From: Gloeobacterales cyanobacterium | Lineage (GTDB): Bacteria; Cyanobacteriota; Cyanobacteriia; Gloeobacterales; PMM-0068 | Assembly (NCBI GenBank): GCA_038245785.1 | Contig: JBBRSB010000016.1 | Span: forward strand, 1 to 64,000 | Direction of reading: 5' to 3' | DNA length: 64,000 nucleotides | In this document: positions 36,341 to 47,254 of the stretch, one piece after another | Layout of the letters: the number at the start of each line of letters is the position of its first letter | Position numbering within the stretch: position 1 is the first letter of the stretch | The notes under the pieces: model-generated | Told to the model about the DNA's origin: nothing | The model's input: only the letters and a program-made list of their open reading frames with translations | Databases searched by the model: none | Position numbers and translations under genes: made by a program

Positions 36341-38008
36341 ATGGTTAGTTTTGATTCTATCCCCAATGCTCTAGAGGACCTCCGCTCTGGAAAAATGGTG
36401 GTCGTTGTTGATGATGAAAACAGAGAAAACGAAGGAGACTTGATTGGGGCTGCACAGTTCGCTACCCCAGAGATCGTTAACTTTATGGCTATCGAAGCCA
36501 GAGGTCTGATCTGTTTAGCGATGACTGGGGAGCGGCTAGACCAACTGCAATTGCCTTTAATGGTGAGTGCAAATACCGATAAGAACCAGACAGCTTTCAC
36601 CGTCAGTATCGATGCAGGACCAGAACTAGGGGTCAGTACTGGCATTTCAGCTGCCGACCGTTCTAAAACGATTTTGGCAACCATAAACCCGTTAGCGCGG
36701 CCTGAGCAACTACGTAGACCAGGACATATTTTTCCCCTCAGAGCCCGAGATGGGGGCGTACTCGAACGGGCAGGCCATACCGAAGCAGCCGTGGACATGG
36801 CCCGTATGGCTGGCCTCTACCCAGCAGGGGTGATTTGCGAAATTCAAAATCCAGATGGCACTATGGCTCGATTGCCCGAACTCGTCGAGTATGCCCAGAA
36901 GCACAATCTCAAGATCATTTCCATTGCCGAACTGATTAGCTATCGCCTGCAAACTGAGCGCCTCGTCCATCGAGAGACCAGGGCCAAGCTCCCCACAGAA
37001 TACGGCCTGTTTGAAATTTTTGGATACCGCAGCACGCTGGACAACTCGGAGCACGTAGCGATTGTACGGGCTCAAACCGATCCTGAAATCTATGCTCCTT
37101 TTGCCGATAGCCAAGAATCGACCCTAGTCCGCGTTCACTCAGAATGCCTTACTGGAGACGCTTTTGGTTCTCTTCGCTGTGATTGTCGCAAACAGCTGCA
37201 AGCGGCCCTGAAGATGATTGACCATCTGGGAGAGGGGGTTGTGGTTTACCTGCGGCAGGAAGGCCGAGGTATTGGGCTGGTGAATAAATTAAAAGCCTAT
37301 GCGCTGCAGGATATGGGCTTAGACACGGTAGAAGCGAATGAACGGCTAGGTTTTGCTGCTGACCTCAGGAACTACGGCATTGGGGCTCAGATTCTCAACG
37401 ATTTGGGTGTTCGCAAAATGAAACTAATTACCAACAATCCTCGAAAGATTGCCGGAGTCTCGGGATACAACTTGGAAATCACAGCCAGAGTTCCTCTAAT
37501 CGTTGAGGAAACAGACTTTAATGCCCGCTATCTAAACACCAAAGCCCTTAAATTGGGCCATCTGTTGCCTCAGAGACCTTCTCAGTACGTAACATTGGGT
37601 CTACATTTCGTGGGAGAACAGACCCCTAGTCAGAGAGCTCACCAAGTCTCACAGCTAAGGGCACTGGCTGATACAGACGATCTAACGATCCAAGAAGAAG
37701 ACCGTCCAGTTGCCTGTGCGCTGTTTGGAGCAGGGAGTATCATCGTACATGTAGGTTCCTTGCTAAAGACAGAAGAACCTTGGTATCTTGACCCGAAACA
37801 AGAAACCTACCAAAAACTGGCTAACTTTCTGATACAGGTGAGTCGCTGGGAAAGCCTTACCCGTATGGAGTTTCTGGCTGGAGGAGAGAAAGACCCTTTA
37901 GCTCATCTTAGTCAAAGACTGGACCGCAAAGAGCAACCTTTAAACAGGTTAAAGGATTACCTAAATGAAGCACTCTCCGAACAGGTTGTATACAGTTTTA
38001 CAATGTAA
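36341..38008 (+). CDS. ribBA: Bifunctional DHBP synthase / GTP cyclohydrolase II
   Basis: DDENRENEGD, RPGHIFPL, GHTEAAVD, RVHSECLTGD, RCDC, QEGRGIGL, TNNPRK; cyanobacterial C-terminal extension. Confidence 0.96.
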   Translation: MVSFDSIPNALEDLRSGKMVVVVDDENRENEGDLIGAAQFATPEIVNFMAIEARGLICLAMTGERLDQLQLPLMVSANTDKNQTAFTVSIDAGPELGVSTGISAADRSKTILATINPLARPEQLRRPGHIFPLRARDGGVLERAGHTEAAVDMARMAGLYPAGVICEIQNPDGTMARLPELVEYAQKHNLKIISIAELISYRLQTERLVHRETRAKLPTEYGLFEIFGYRSTLDNSEHVAIVRAQTDPEIYAPFADSQESTLVRVHSECLTGDAFGSLRCDCRKQLQAALKMIDHLGEGVVVYLRQEGRGIGLVNKLKAYALQDMGLDTVEANERLGFAADLRNYGIGAQILNDLGVRKMKLITNNPRKIAGVSGYNLEITARVPLIVEETDFNARYLNTKALKLGHLLPQRPSQYVTLGLHFVGEQTPSQRAHQVSQLRALADTDDLTIQEEDRPVACALFGAGSIIVHVGSLLKTEEPWYLDPKQETYQKLANFLIQVSRWESLTRMEFLAGGEKDPLAHLSQRLDRKEQPLNRLKDYLNEALSEQVVYSFTM

Positions 38009-38129
38009 CTGTTCCGTATTGATCTCCGCGATATAGATTTCACTGCAAAATTTCCGCGATGGTACGGTAATGTGTTTGAACTTTTTGTAATACATTATCT
38101 GAAGTAACAGAATCCTCACTGCTAGAGTT

Positions 38130-38573
38130 ATGCATTCACTAAAACTTTACTTAGAAGGGAGCTACAGAGCGATCAGGGTGGTGGGTCCTATCCCTCTCCT
38201 TCTCTCTCTGTCGCTGATCCTGCTGATCAATCTTGTCTGTTGGGCCCTCTGGCAACCCATCTTCATCACAACTTTTGGGCAGCTCCAAGGGTTTTGTTTA
38301 ACTTGGGTCCTTTGCGCAGTGCTCTATATCTTTGGAACCCAGATCCGAGAAACGTCTTATCTAATTTGGCAAGGCTGTCTACTGGGAAGTCTTTGGCATT
38401 TGATTAATGAATCTTGCCAGCCATTTCTGGGTTTCTGGGCTAACTTGTTGGGACTTATAGTTACCGCTGGCTTAGTGTGGTGGTTTTTCCTAAGAGGAAA
38501 TAATCGTGGCGATGGAGGTCTCTCTCTTTCCACCCCAACTCCCCAAACACCTAGCCCAGTTTTGGTTCGCTAA
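38130..38573 (+). CDS. Hypothetical membrane protein
   Basis: About 4 hydrophobic segments. Confidence 0.7.
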   Translation: MHSLKLYLEGSYRAIRVVGPIPLLLSLSLILLINLVCWALWQPIFITTFGQLQGFCLTWVLCAVLYIFGTQIRETSYLIWQGCLLGSLWHLINESCQPFLGFWANLLGLIVTAGLVWWFFLRGNNRGDGGLSLSTPTPQTPSPVLVR

Positions 38574-38625
38574 ATATAGCCGTCCTATAAAAATGAACAC
38601 TTATCGAAAGAGGTTGTAACCAGCC

Positions 38626-38880
38626 ATGATTAGCCGCGTACTAGACCCACATGATATTCAAACGTATCGTTATAGAGTCAGACTTTTGGGACGGGAGCTG
38701 TTAGATGAAGAAGATCAAATCAAGCGAACAACTATTGCCTTGCTTTTAGCTGACACTGCAGCAACGCTAGCCAAACTAGAAGTCCAAGAAGCACAAAAAC
38801 TTAGAGAAGAGTGTATGCCTCCTGACAGTATGGAGCACGCTCACCTTGTGGATGGTTCCTTCGCAACCTCTGAGGCATGA
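38626..38880 (+). CDS. Small hypothetical protein
   Basis: RBS agagg; helical ORF of plausible composition. Confidence 0.7.
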   Translation: MISRVLDPHDIQTYRYRVRLLGRELLDEEDQIKRTTIALLLADTAATLAKLEVQEAQKLREECMPPDSMEHAHLVDGSFATSEA

Positions 38881-39066
38881 GATAAGCTTTGCTTCTCTCC
38901 ATTACCTAGAACGTTTTCACTAACGCTCTAGGCCGCAAATTTAAAGTGATCTTGATCTTGCAAAATCCAATGGAACTGTGCGGTTCTGTTGGATTTTTTT
39001 TATCGCACAAGGAATGATTGCACCTTTTGATTAACCTTAGGTTAATAGCCATTTATTGCAAAGGAT

Positions 39067-42000
39067 TTACTCTGCAGGAGTTAAAACTTGTCCTTGGGAC
39101 TTCACTAGGAGACTCTCGGCCTCAGACGGGGGAACTACCAGCCAGAATTGGGGTAAATAGGATTCCCACTGTTCTAGGATCGTCTGGGCTTTTTCGCTAT
39201 CTGTATAACGGCAGTGCCCCTGGATCAGAGACTTCAACTTAGTCTGGCCCTCGAGACTGCTTACCCGTTGAAGTTTCTTGCCATTGTCTGCATTGAACTT
39301 CTCTGCAAATGTTCCAGACTCATCGAGAACAAAGGCAAGACCTCCGGTCATTCCTGCCCCAAAATTACGGCCCGTTGGTCCTAAGACTACTACATGACCG
39401 CCTGTCATATACTCACAGCAATGGTCTCCGGCCCCTTCAACGACAGCATCGGCTAGGGAATTGCGCACCGCAAATCGTTCTCCCGCGCAACCATAGGCGT
39501 AGAGCGTTCCTCCGGTGGCTCCATAGAGGCAGGTATTGCCGATGATTACATTCTCAGAAGGGGTATAGGTTGCCCCTTCAAAAGGACGAATGACAATTTC
39601 TCCGCCATTCATGCCTTTGCCCACATAATCATTTGCTTCACCGATCAAAACTAAACGCAGTCCTTGAACGCAAAAGGCTCCAAAACTCTGCCCTGCAGAG
39701 CCACGGAATGTCAGATGAATCAGTCCTTGGAATCGAGCATTACCGTGACGCTCAGCGATGACGCCACTGAGTCTAGCTCCTACCGATCGGTCTGTATTAA
39801 GGATGGTATAGGTTTTTTCAACGGTGCCGTGTTGCGTAACAGCCTGTTCAATGTCTGAGTCAGCGATCATTTCGTCGTCGAGGACAGGACCATTACTGTG
39901 AGCAGAAAGACTGCGCGTAGATACCCAAGAGCGGTCAGCAGCTGTACCTGCGCCGTCCATGAAGAAAGACAAATCGAGATTTTTGACCTTACTTAAAGTC
40001 ACTGGACGTTCTTTGAGTAAGTCCATCCGCCCTAGCACTTCATCTAAAGTCTTGAAGCCAAGGCCAGCCAAAGTTACCCGCACTTCTTGACCAATGTAGG
40101 TAAAGAAATTCACTACGTGGTCAGGAACTCCAGGGAAACGAACCCTGAGCGCTTCTTTTTGAGAGGTGACGCCTACGGGGCAGTTATTCGTGTGGCAAAT
40201 GCGGGCCATGATGCAGCCTTCTGCCACCATCGCAATCGTGCCAAAGCCATACTCATCCGCGCCAAGCATGGCCGCAAAAACCACATCCCAGCCTGTGCGC
40301 AGGCCGCCATCGACCCTGAGTTGGACCCTATCGCGTAGACCATTCAAAATCAAAGACTGATGGACTTCTGCTAAGCCCTGCTCCCAGGGAGAACCAGCAT
40401 GTTTGATCGAGCTAAGCGGCGAAGCGCCTGTTCCGCCATCGTGCCCAGAGACTTGGATTACATCCGCATTGGCCTTGGCCACGCCTGATGCAATCGTTCC
40501 AATTCCGGTCTCCGCCACCAGCTTCACTGAGACTTTGGCCTGGGGATTGATCTGATGGAGGTCAAAAATCAACTGGGCTAAATCTTCAATCGAATAGATG
40601 TCGTGGTGGGGAGGAGGTGAAATAAGCGAAACGCCAGGCTTAGAACGCCGGAGCGCAGCGATATAGGCTGATACCTTGTGTCCAGGAAGCTGACCGCCTT
40701 CCCCAGGCTTCGCCCCTTGAGCGATCTTAATTTCTAGCTGGTCTGCCAATTTCAGATACTCGGGAGTCACCCCAAAACGCCCAGAGGCGATTTGGCGAAT
40801 GGCAGAGCCAGCTCGGTCTCCAGGCTTTAATCCCTTTAGGCCAGGGAAGTGGGGAGAAGTACCATCGGCTTGAATGTCTTGAATTGGCTTATAGCGAAGC
40901 GGGTCTTCGCCGCCTTCGCCTGAATTAGATTTACCGCCAATCCGATTCATGGCGATTGCCAAGACTTCATGAGCTTCCTTAGAAAGCGCACCCAAAGACA
41001 TCCCGCCCGTGCAGAAGCGCTGCAGGATAGACTCCACGGATTCCACTTCGTCTAGGGGAATTGCCTCTCGGTCAGACGTTAATTCAAACAGGTCTCGGAT
41101 CGCGGTAGGCGGACGATTTCGGACAATAGACAAATACCGCTCATAGAGTTCATGCTCAGATAAGCCAGACTTATCTTCTTTAAGCCCCACCGCTGCGTGT
41201 AGAGCCTTAACCATTTGCGGATTGTTGATATGGTATTCACCATCCGGCTTGTAGGCCAAAAGACCATACTGGACAAGCTTTGTACTTGTTAGCTCTGGAT
41301 AGGCCTGTTGGTGAAAGCTAACTACTTCCTGCGCCAAGTCCTCTAGCTCCAGACCCCCAATGCGCGAAGGCGTGGCGTCAAAGGCTCGCTTAATTAAGGT
41401 TGGTCCCAAGCCCAAGGCTTCAAAGATTTGGGCTCCTGAATAGCTAGACAGGAGAGAAATTCCCATCTTCGAGAGAATTTTGAGAATTCCAGCTTCCACA
41501 GCCTCGACATACTTTTGTTGCGCTTCGATGACGGTGAGTTTTAACTTTCCCTGGCTCAATTCCATCTGTGTTTTTGGATGGTCATACCAGTGGCGGATCG
41601 TCTCGTAGGTTAAGTAGGGACAGACTGCACTAGCTCCATATCCCAGCAGACAGGCAAAATGATGAGTGCTCCAACAGGCTGCCGTCTCGACAATCAGGCT
41701 GGCTTTCATTCGTAGGCCGGCCCGAATCAAATGGTGATGGACCGCACCTACGGCGAGCAAGGGCGGAATCGCTGGATGGTCCGCCTCCAATGCCCGGTCA
41801 CTGAGAATAAGTAAAGATTTCCCAGCTTTGACTTGGGTTTCAGCTTCGACACAGAGCTGTTCTAAGGCTTTTTCTAAGCCTTGAGGGCCGTCGCCTAAGT
41901 TAAAGACGATAGAGAGCACCGCAGCGCCAAAGGGTTCTGGTTGCTGCTTAAGTTCTTCCAATTGGCGCTCACTCAGGACTGGACTCTTAAGATGAATAGT

Positions 42001-43683
42001 TCGAGCAGCTTCAGGCGTTTGACTGAGGAGATTGGCCCGCGCTCCCAAATGCATCTCCAAAGACATGACCAAACCTTCCCGGATTGGGTCAATCGGCGGA
42101 TTGGTTACCTGAGCGAACCGTTGCTGAAAATAGTCGTACAAAGACCGGGGTAAATCGGAGAGAAAGGCAGGGCGGGCATCATTGCCCATGGAAAAGGTTG
42201 GCTCCTTTCCTTCAGCCGCCATCGGATTGATCACTACATCCACGTCTTCAGCGGTGTAGCCAAAAGCGATCTGGCGCGTCAGAAGCGCTGGAGCCTCGAA
42301 AGCTTTTTCCGTTAAGTAACTGGGGCTACTGATATGACGGCGATGCTCGGCAATCCACGCGCCATAGGGTTTTTCCTGAGCGACCCGAGCCTTGATCTCC
42401 CAGTTGCGCAGCACTTCTCCCCGCTCCAAATCTACAGCCAGCATTTGCCCAGGACCCAGACGACCCTTTTCCACGACCCGTTCAATTGGGACATCGACCA
42501 CGCCAGCCTCGGAGGAAACGATTACCGTATCGTCGTCCAAAATCATGTAGCGGGCAGGACGCAGGCCATTGCGGTCTAAGAGCGCCCCCACTTGTTTCCC
42601 GTTAGAAAAAGCAATCAGGGCCGGACCATCCCAGGGCTCTTGCAAAGCGCTGTGGTATTCGTAGAAATCTACTACTTCAGGATGGTCTGCCAGTTCTGGC
42701 TGGTTCTGATAGGCTTCGGGCACCAGCATCATCAGAGCATGGAGCGGAGAACGCCCAGAGTGTACCAAGAGTTCCATCGCATTGTCTAAACTGGCCGAGT
42801 CAGAACCTGTCGGGAATACAACAGGTTTTAGCTCTTCCAAACGGTCTGCCCAATAAGGGTGGCTTAGGTCTGCTTCTCTCGCTCTCATCCAATTACGGTT
42901 GCCAATGACCGTATTAATTTCTCCGTTGTGACCAAGAATCCGCAGAGGTTGGGCCAAAGGCCAACGAGGGTCCGTATTCGTAGAAAAACGACGGTGATAG
43001 ACTACAAAAGAAACTTGATAGTTGGGGTTGGTTAGATCGTCATAGAACATGCCCAAGACTTCAGAACGAACCAAGCCTTTGTAGATGATGGTACGACTCG
43101 AAAGGGAAGCGACGTAGAACTCTTTATACCATTCAGGTTTGTCGATCAAAGACTGCTTCATCCGTTTGCGGACCAAGAATAGTTCTCGTTCCATCTGGTC
43201 TTCGGACCACTGAGAAGGAGATTCCAAAATCACTTGATAAATATCAGGACAGGTCTTACGCGCCTGCTTGCCAAGGAACTGAGGACGGACAGGCACTTTG
43301 CGCCACTGCACAACCCGAAATCCCGCCTCTGCCAGCACTTGATCACAATGACTTGTACAGTAAGCAACAGCTTCTTTCGACTCTTCAGCCCCTTCTCTCT
43401 TCGGCAAAAAGACCATACCCACCGCTCGATGGGCTGGAGCAGGAAGTACGATTCCTTCGGCTTCTAGTAGTTCCCAGGGAATATTAGAAAGAATTCCTGC
43501 CCCATCTCCCGTATCTCTGTCTCCGCCACAGGCTCCTCGATGTTCCATGCAATCTAAGGCATGCAAGGCCTTCGTCAGCATGTCATGGGTGCGACGGCCT
43601 TTGGTATCTGCCAAAAACCCTACACCGCAGGCGTCATGTTCTTCAGTCAAGAAGGAGTAGTCTTTCATAAGAGAGGGGTACAT
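39067..43683 (-). CDS. glsF: Glutamate synthase, probably ferredoxin-dependent
   Basis: DACGVGF, HRRFSTNT, GGKSNSGEGGED, QGAKPGEGGQLPG, CHTNNCPVG, GXGXG domain; no gltD adjacent. Confidence 0.93.
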   Translation of the reverse strand: MYPSLMKDYSFLTEEHDACGVGFLADTKGRRTHDMLTKALHALDCMEHRGACGGDRDTGDGAGILSNIPWELLEAEGIVLPAPAHRAVGMVFLPKREGAEESKEAVAYCTSHCDQVLAEAGFRVVQWRKVPVRPQFLGKQARKTCPDIYQVILESPSQWSEDQMERELFLVRKRMKQSLIDKPEWYKEFYVASLSSRTIIYKGLVRSEVLGMFYDDLTNPNYQVSFVVYHRRFSTNTDPRWPLAQPLRILGHNGEINTVIGNRNWMRAREADLSHPYWADRLEELKPVVFPTGSDSASLDNAMELLVHSGRSPLHALMMLVPEAYQNQPELADHPEVVDFYEYHSALQEPWDGPALIAFSNGKQVGALLDRNGLRPARYMILDDDTVIVSSEAGVVDVPIERVVEKGRLGPGQMLAVDLERGEVLRNWEIKARVAQEKPYGAWIAEHRRHISSPSYLTEKAFEAPALLTRQIAFGYTAEDVDVVINPMAAEGKEPTFSMGNDARPAFLSDLPRSLYDYFQQRFAQVTNPPIDPIREGLVMSLEMHLGARANLLSQTPEAARTIHLKSPVLSERQLEELKQQPEPFGAAVLSIVFNLGDGPQGLEKALEQLCVEAETQVKAGKSLLILSDRALEADHPAIPPLLAVGAVHHHLIRAGLRMKASLIVETAACWSTHHFACLLGYGASAVCPYLTYETIRHWYDHPKTQMELSQGKLKLTVIEAQQKYVEAVEAGILKILSKMGISLLSSYSGAQIFEALGLGPTLIKRAFDATPSRIGGLELEDLAQEVVSFHQQAYPELTSTKLVQYGLLAYKPDGEYHINNPQMVKALHAAVGLKEDKSGLSEHELYERYLSIVRNRPPTAIRDLFELTSDREAIPLDEVESVESILQRFCTGGMSLGALSKEAHEVLAIAMNRIGGKSNSGEGGEDPLRYKPIQDIQADGTSPHFPGLKGLKPGDRAGSAIRQIASGRFGVTPEYLKLADQLEIKIAQGAKPGEGGQLPGHKVSAYIAALRRSKPGVSLISPPPHHDIYSIEDLAQLIFDLHQINPQAKVSVKLVAETGIGTIASGVAKANADVIQVSGHDGGTGASPLSSIKHAGSPWEQGLAEVHQSLILNGLRDRVQLRVDGGLRTGWDVVFAAMLGADEYGFGTIAMVAEGCIMARICHTNNCPVGVTSQKEALRVRFPGVPDHVVNFFTYIGQEVRVTLAGLGFKTLDEVLGRMDLLKERPVTLSKVKNLDLSFFMDGAGTAADRSWVSTRSLSAHSNGPVLDDEMIADSDIEQAVTQHGTVEKTYTILNTDRSVGARLSGVIAERHGNARFQGLIHLTFRGSAGQSFGAFCVQGLRLVLIGEANDYVGKGMNGGEIVIRPFEGATYTPSENVIIGNTCLYGATGGTLYAYGCAGERFAVRNSLADAVVEGAGDHCCEYMTGGHVVVLGPTGRNFGAGMTGGLAFVLDESGTFAEKFNADNGKKLQRVSSLEGQTKLKSLIQGHCRYTDSEKAQTILEQWESYLPQFWLVVPPSEAESLLVKSQGQVLTPAE

Positions 43684-43805
43684 TTAGGTGGCTAGGGTCA
43701 ACAAACAAACTTTGATGGCCGTATTGGTGTGATGCAGCTATGACATTAGCTGCACGCTTATATTCACCATTTTAATCTACAGCTTAAGTTGCTATGCGAA
43801 GCTGT

Positions 43806-44495
43806 TTATTGCTCAGAATCTAAGGGAACACTTGCCAACCGTAATAGTTCTGCTTCAGCAGCTTGAGCTACGGTCTCAGACGAGTCTTTAGCCAGAAACT
43901 TCAAAGGAGCCAAGGTTTCAGGACTGCCAATACTTCCTAGCGCTTGAGCTACTTTCTGGCGCATCATCCAAGAATCAGAAGCAACGAAGGGCAAAATATA
44001 AGCCAAGCCCCTGATGTCTCCTAGCTCTCCCAACGCACTGACGGCTCCCTCTTTCATCAGACCATCTCCCTGTTTGAGGGCGTCCACAATCATATTGAAA
44101 GCACGGTCGTCTCCAAGATTGCCCAGGGCTACAATTGCACTAAAACGGACAATCCACTCCGTCTCTTCGTAGAAAGCCCGAACCAAAGCGTCATAGGCCC
44201 TTACATCTTCCAGATTGCCTAGAGCGCCAGCGGCATCTGCACGTACTCCGTGGTCTGAGTCTTCCTGCAATACTTTGAGGAGGAGCTCTAGGGATAGGTC
44301 ACAGGGTTTTTTGCCCAGTAAAACGCAGGTATAGGCCCGTAGCTGAACAGCAGGGTCTTGAATAATGCTGCGCGCCAAGTCAGCACATAGCTCAGCGGGT
44401 TCATCCCGTAAAGATAGAAGAGCTCTGAGCCGCTCTTGCCGTTCTGGGCTCTGGAGACGAAGCCGAGTAGACTGAACATCAATCACGGGGATCAA
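43806..44495 (-). CDS. nblB: PBS lyase HEAT-repeat protein (NblB-like)
   Basis: VRADAAGALG, RAFYEETEWIVRFSAIVALGN, AVSALGELG. Confidence 0.8.
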   Translation of the reverse strand: MIPVIDVQSTRLRLQSPERQERLRALLSLRDEPAELCADLARSIIQDPAVQLRAYTCVLLGKKPCDLSLELLLKVLQEDSDHGVRADAAGALGNLEDVRAYDALVRAFYEETEWIVRFSAIVALGNLGDDRAFNMIVDALKQGDGLMKEGAVSALGELGDIRGLAYILPFVASDSWMMRQKVAQALGSIGSPETLAPLKFLAKDSSETVAQAAEAELLRLASVPLDSEQ

Positions 44496-44513
44496 GCCTC
44501 GTTAATATCTGCA

Positions 44514-44876
44514 ATGTTAGTACACAATTTCATGCTGCACATAAGAGATGTTCGTAAGAAAGACTTTATTCAGTATCAAGACCTGATGGATCTCTTGGGA
44601 TTTGGTCCCTATGGCGTTTTGGGAGACCTCAAAAAGCGCTATGCCATAGTAGTTTTTGATAGCATAGTCTGCGGACTCGTTCGTTATACGGTTAGTCGCA
44701 AAAGCGTTTTGGTCATTTACGACTTATTGTTTATAGCGGATTATGCAGGCCAAGATTTAGAACCTTTGGTGGTAGAACAGCTGAAAGAACGTCACCGACC
44801 GGAAAAAACAGTTGTCAAACCTACAAGACCGCGCTGGGATGCCCGTCCTCTAGATGAGTCGGATGAGGAAGAGTAG
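44514..44876 (+). CDS. Hypothetical protein (weak GNAT-like pattern)
   Basis: ORF fills the gap; IRDVRKKD...CGLVRY...YAGQDL; start at 44514 or 44532. Confidence 0.6.
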   Translation: MLVHNFMLHIRDVRKKDFIQYQDLMDLLGFGPYGVLGDLKKRYAIVVFDSIVCGLVRYTVSRKSVLVIYDLLFIADYAGQDLEPLVVEQLKERHRPEKTVVKPTRPRWDARPLDESDEEE

Positions 44877-44981
44877 AAAGGACGGGTCGCAGAACAGGGA
44901 TCCATGTGGCCTGGAAGTGCGCGTGATACAATCCTTATCAATTTAGTCTTCTGCATAAGCAACATAAACGAGCTTTCTTAC

Positions 44982-46046
44982 ATGGTCGATACGGTTGATT
45001 CGTTACCCCCTCTGCACCAAGCCCTGAGACCGATCCGGTTAGGAGTAATTGGCGTAGGCAATATGGGACAGCACCACACCCGGGTGCTTAGTCTTCTCAA
45101 AGACGTTGAGCTTGTGGGCATTGCTGACACCAGCAAAGAACGCGCTATTGATACGGCTGGGAAATATCGCATCAAGTGCTTTGATGATTACCGAGAATTG
45201 CTACCCCATGTAGATGCTGTATGCATCGCAGTTCCCACTCGCCTTCATTACGACGTCAGTATGGAGTGCATGAAAGCAGGGGTCCATATCCTCATTGAAA
45301 AACCGATTGCAGCCAATATTCAAGAGGCAGAAGCCCTGGTTAAAGAGGCTGTTGAACGGGATCTGATCCTACAGGTAGGCCACATCGAACGCTTCAATCC
45401 AGCCTTCCGCGAACTCTCCAATGTCCTCAAAAGAGAAGAAGTCCTGGCCCTGGAAGCTCACCGCATGAGTCCTTATTCTCAGCGGGCCAATGATGTCAGT
45501 GTGGTCTTTGACTTGATGATCCACGACATTGACCTTGTCCTGGAACTGGTCCCTTCTCAAGTTGTGAAGATGCAGGCTTTTGGCAATCGAGCTTCAGATT
45601 CTGGCTATCTGGATTTTGTGACTGCCATCTTAGTTTTTGCCAATGGGGTTGTCACGACGCTGACCGCCAGCAAAGTCACCCATCGAAAGATTCGGACCTT
45701 AGCGGCCCATTGTAAAAACTCTCTCGTAGAAGCAGATTTTTTGAACCATCAAATCCTGATCCACCGTCAAACTACTAGTAACTATATGACAGAGTATGGT
45801 CAGGTCCTTTATCGCCAAGATGGTCTGATTGAGAAAGTCTCGACCACAAATATCGAACCGCTCCATGCCGAATTGGAACATTTCATTCACTGTGTTCGAG
45901 GAGGAGAACCCCCTTCTGTTGGTGGAGAACAAGCGTTGAAAGCTTTGCGACTGGCTAGCTTGATTGAGCAGATGGCTGTAGATGGCACCCTTCAAAATGC
46001 CAACGACGCTGACAACCCGACGCCAAGGACGGAGGTCCCAGTTTGA
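44982..46046 (+). CDS. Gfo/Idh/MocA family oxidoreductase (sugar-nucleotide dehydrogenase-like)
   Basis: GVIGVGNMG, IEKP, QVGHIERFNPA, DLMIHDIDL. Confidence 0.92.
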   Translation: MVDTVDSLPPLHQALRPIRLGVIGVGNMGQHHTRVLSLLKDVELVGIADTSKERAIDTAGKYRIKCFDDYRELLPHVDAVCIAVPTRLHYDVSMECMKAGVHILIEKPIAANIQEAEALVKEAVERDLILQVGHIERFNPAFRELSNVLKREEVLALEAHRMSPYSQRANDVSVVFDLMIHDIDLVLELVPSQVVKMQAFGNRASDSGYLDFVTAILVFANGVVTTLTASKVTHRKIRTLAAHCKNSLVEADFLNHQILIHRQTTSNYMTEYGQVLYRQDGLIEKVSTTNIEPLHAELEHFIHCVRGGEPPSVGGEQALKALRLASLIEQMAVDGTLQNANDADNPTPRTEVPV

Positions 46047-47152
46047 TTCCCATTTTTGATACCAGTGCCCAAACTGCCAAGCTTCAAGAACAATTCAAGG
46101 AAGTGCTGGCAGATGTCATGCTGGATGGCCGCTATATTCTCGGTCCCAACGTCCAAGCCTTTGAAAAAGAAGTAGCTGCCCTCTGCGATGTGACCTTAGG
46201 TCTTGGTGTCGCCTCCGGAACCGATGCGCTGCATCTTGCGCTCAAGGCTTGCGGTGTCGGCCCTGGTGATGAAGTGATCACGCCTTCATTCACCTTTATT
46301 GCAACGGCAGAAGCGATTGCCTACTGTGGAGCAACTCCTGTCTTTGTGGACATTGATCCGGAAACTTTTAACGTAGATCCTGTGCAGGTAGCACAGAAGA
46401 TCACGGCTCGGACCAAGGTGATTATGCCCGTCCACCTGTTTGGTCAAATGGCTGATATGGACGCAATCATGAGCTTGGCTCAGGAGCATGGAATCCAAGT
46501 AGTAGAGGACTGTGCCCAGGCGATTGGCGCTACTTATAAAGGTCGTCCTTCCGGTTCTTTTGGCGCGGCAGGATGCTTTAGTTTTTATCCGACTAAGAAT
46601 TTAGGCGCTTTTGGTGACGGAGGTATGGTCGTCACTGCTGACCCAACCCTGGCTGCTCAGGTTTCTAAACTGCGAGCCCATGGTTCCAATGTCCGTTATT
46701 ACCATGATGAAGTCGGGTTCTGCTCTCGACTCGATGAAGTACAAGCAGCTATTTTACGAGTGAAGCTTCCCCATCTGCAAAGCTGGAATAATCGACGGGC
46801 TGAAATTGCCCAGTTCTACAATGAACGGTTTGAAAATCTACCCGTCCAGACTCCAGTAACTGCCTCAGGCAATAACCATACCTATCATCAATACACGCTC
46901 AGAGCGCCAGACCGGGACCGCTTGGTAAAAGAAATGGAAGCAGCAGGCATCGGGGCGATGATTTACTATCCAGTCCCAATTCATCTGCAAAATGCCTTCC
47001 AATCTTTCGGTTATCAACCAGGAGCTCTTCCCGCTTCTGAAAAAGCGGCAGCGGAAGTTCTATCCCTGCCTATTTTCCCAGAACTCACTGACTCACAAGC
47101 TGAACAGGTAGCGGATACATTGACTGCTATTTTGAACAAAGTTGCCGTTTAA
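46043..47152 (+). CDS. DegT/DnrJ/EryC1/StrS aminotransferase
   Basis: SGTDAL, PVHLFGQ, EDCAQAIGA, SFYPTKNLGAFGDGG, SRLDEVQAA. Confidence 0.94.
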   Translation: MIPIFDTSAQTAKLQEQFKEVLADVMLDGRYILGPNVQAFEKEVAALCDVTLGLGVASGTDALHLALKACGVGPGDEVITPSFTFIATAEAIAYCGATPVFVDIDPETFNVDPVQVAQKITARTKVIMPVHLFGQMADMDAIMSLAQEHGIQVVEDCAQAIGATYKGRPSGSFGAAGCFSFYPTKNLGAFGDGGMVVTADPTLAAQVSKLRAHGSNVRYYHDEVGFCSRLDEVQAAILRVKLPHLQSWNNRRAEIAQFYNERFENLPVQTPVTASGNNHTYHQYTLRAPDRDRLVKEMEAAGIGAMIYYPVPIHLQNAFQSFGYQPGALPASEKAAAEVLSLPIFPELTDSQAEQVADTLTAILNKVAV

Positions 47153-47156
47153 TGAT

Positions 47157-47254
47157 GCCCTCATCCCCTAACCCCTTCTCCCAAGTTTGGGAGAAGGGGA
47201 ACCGGACTCTTGCTCTGTTCTCTCGATTTTAGACGAGGGGTTGAGAGAGAGGTT
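47157..47254. repeat. Cyanobacterial REP-like palindromic element
   Basis: ccccttctcccaa-gt-ttgggagaagggg hairpin in a ccctcatcccctaacccc context, like 339-529. Confidence 0.75.
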
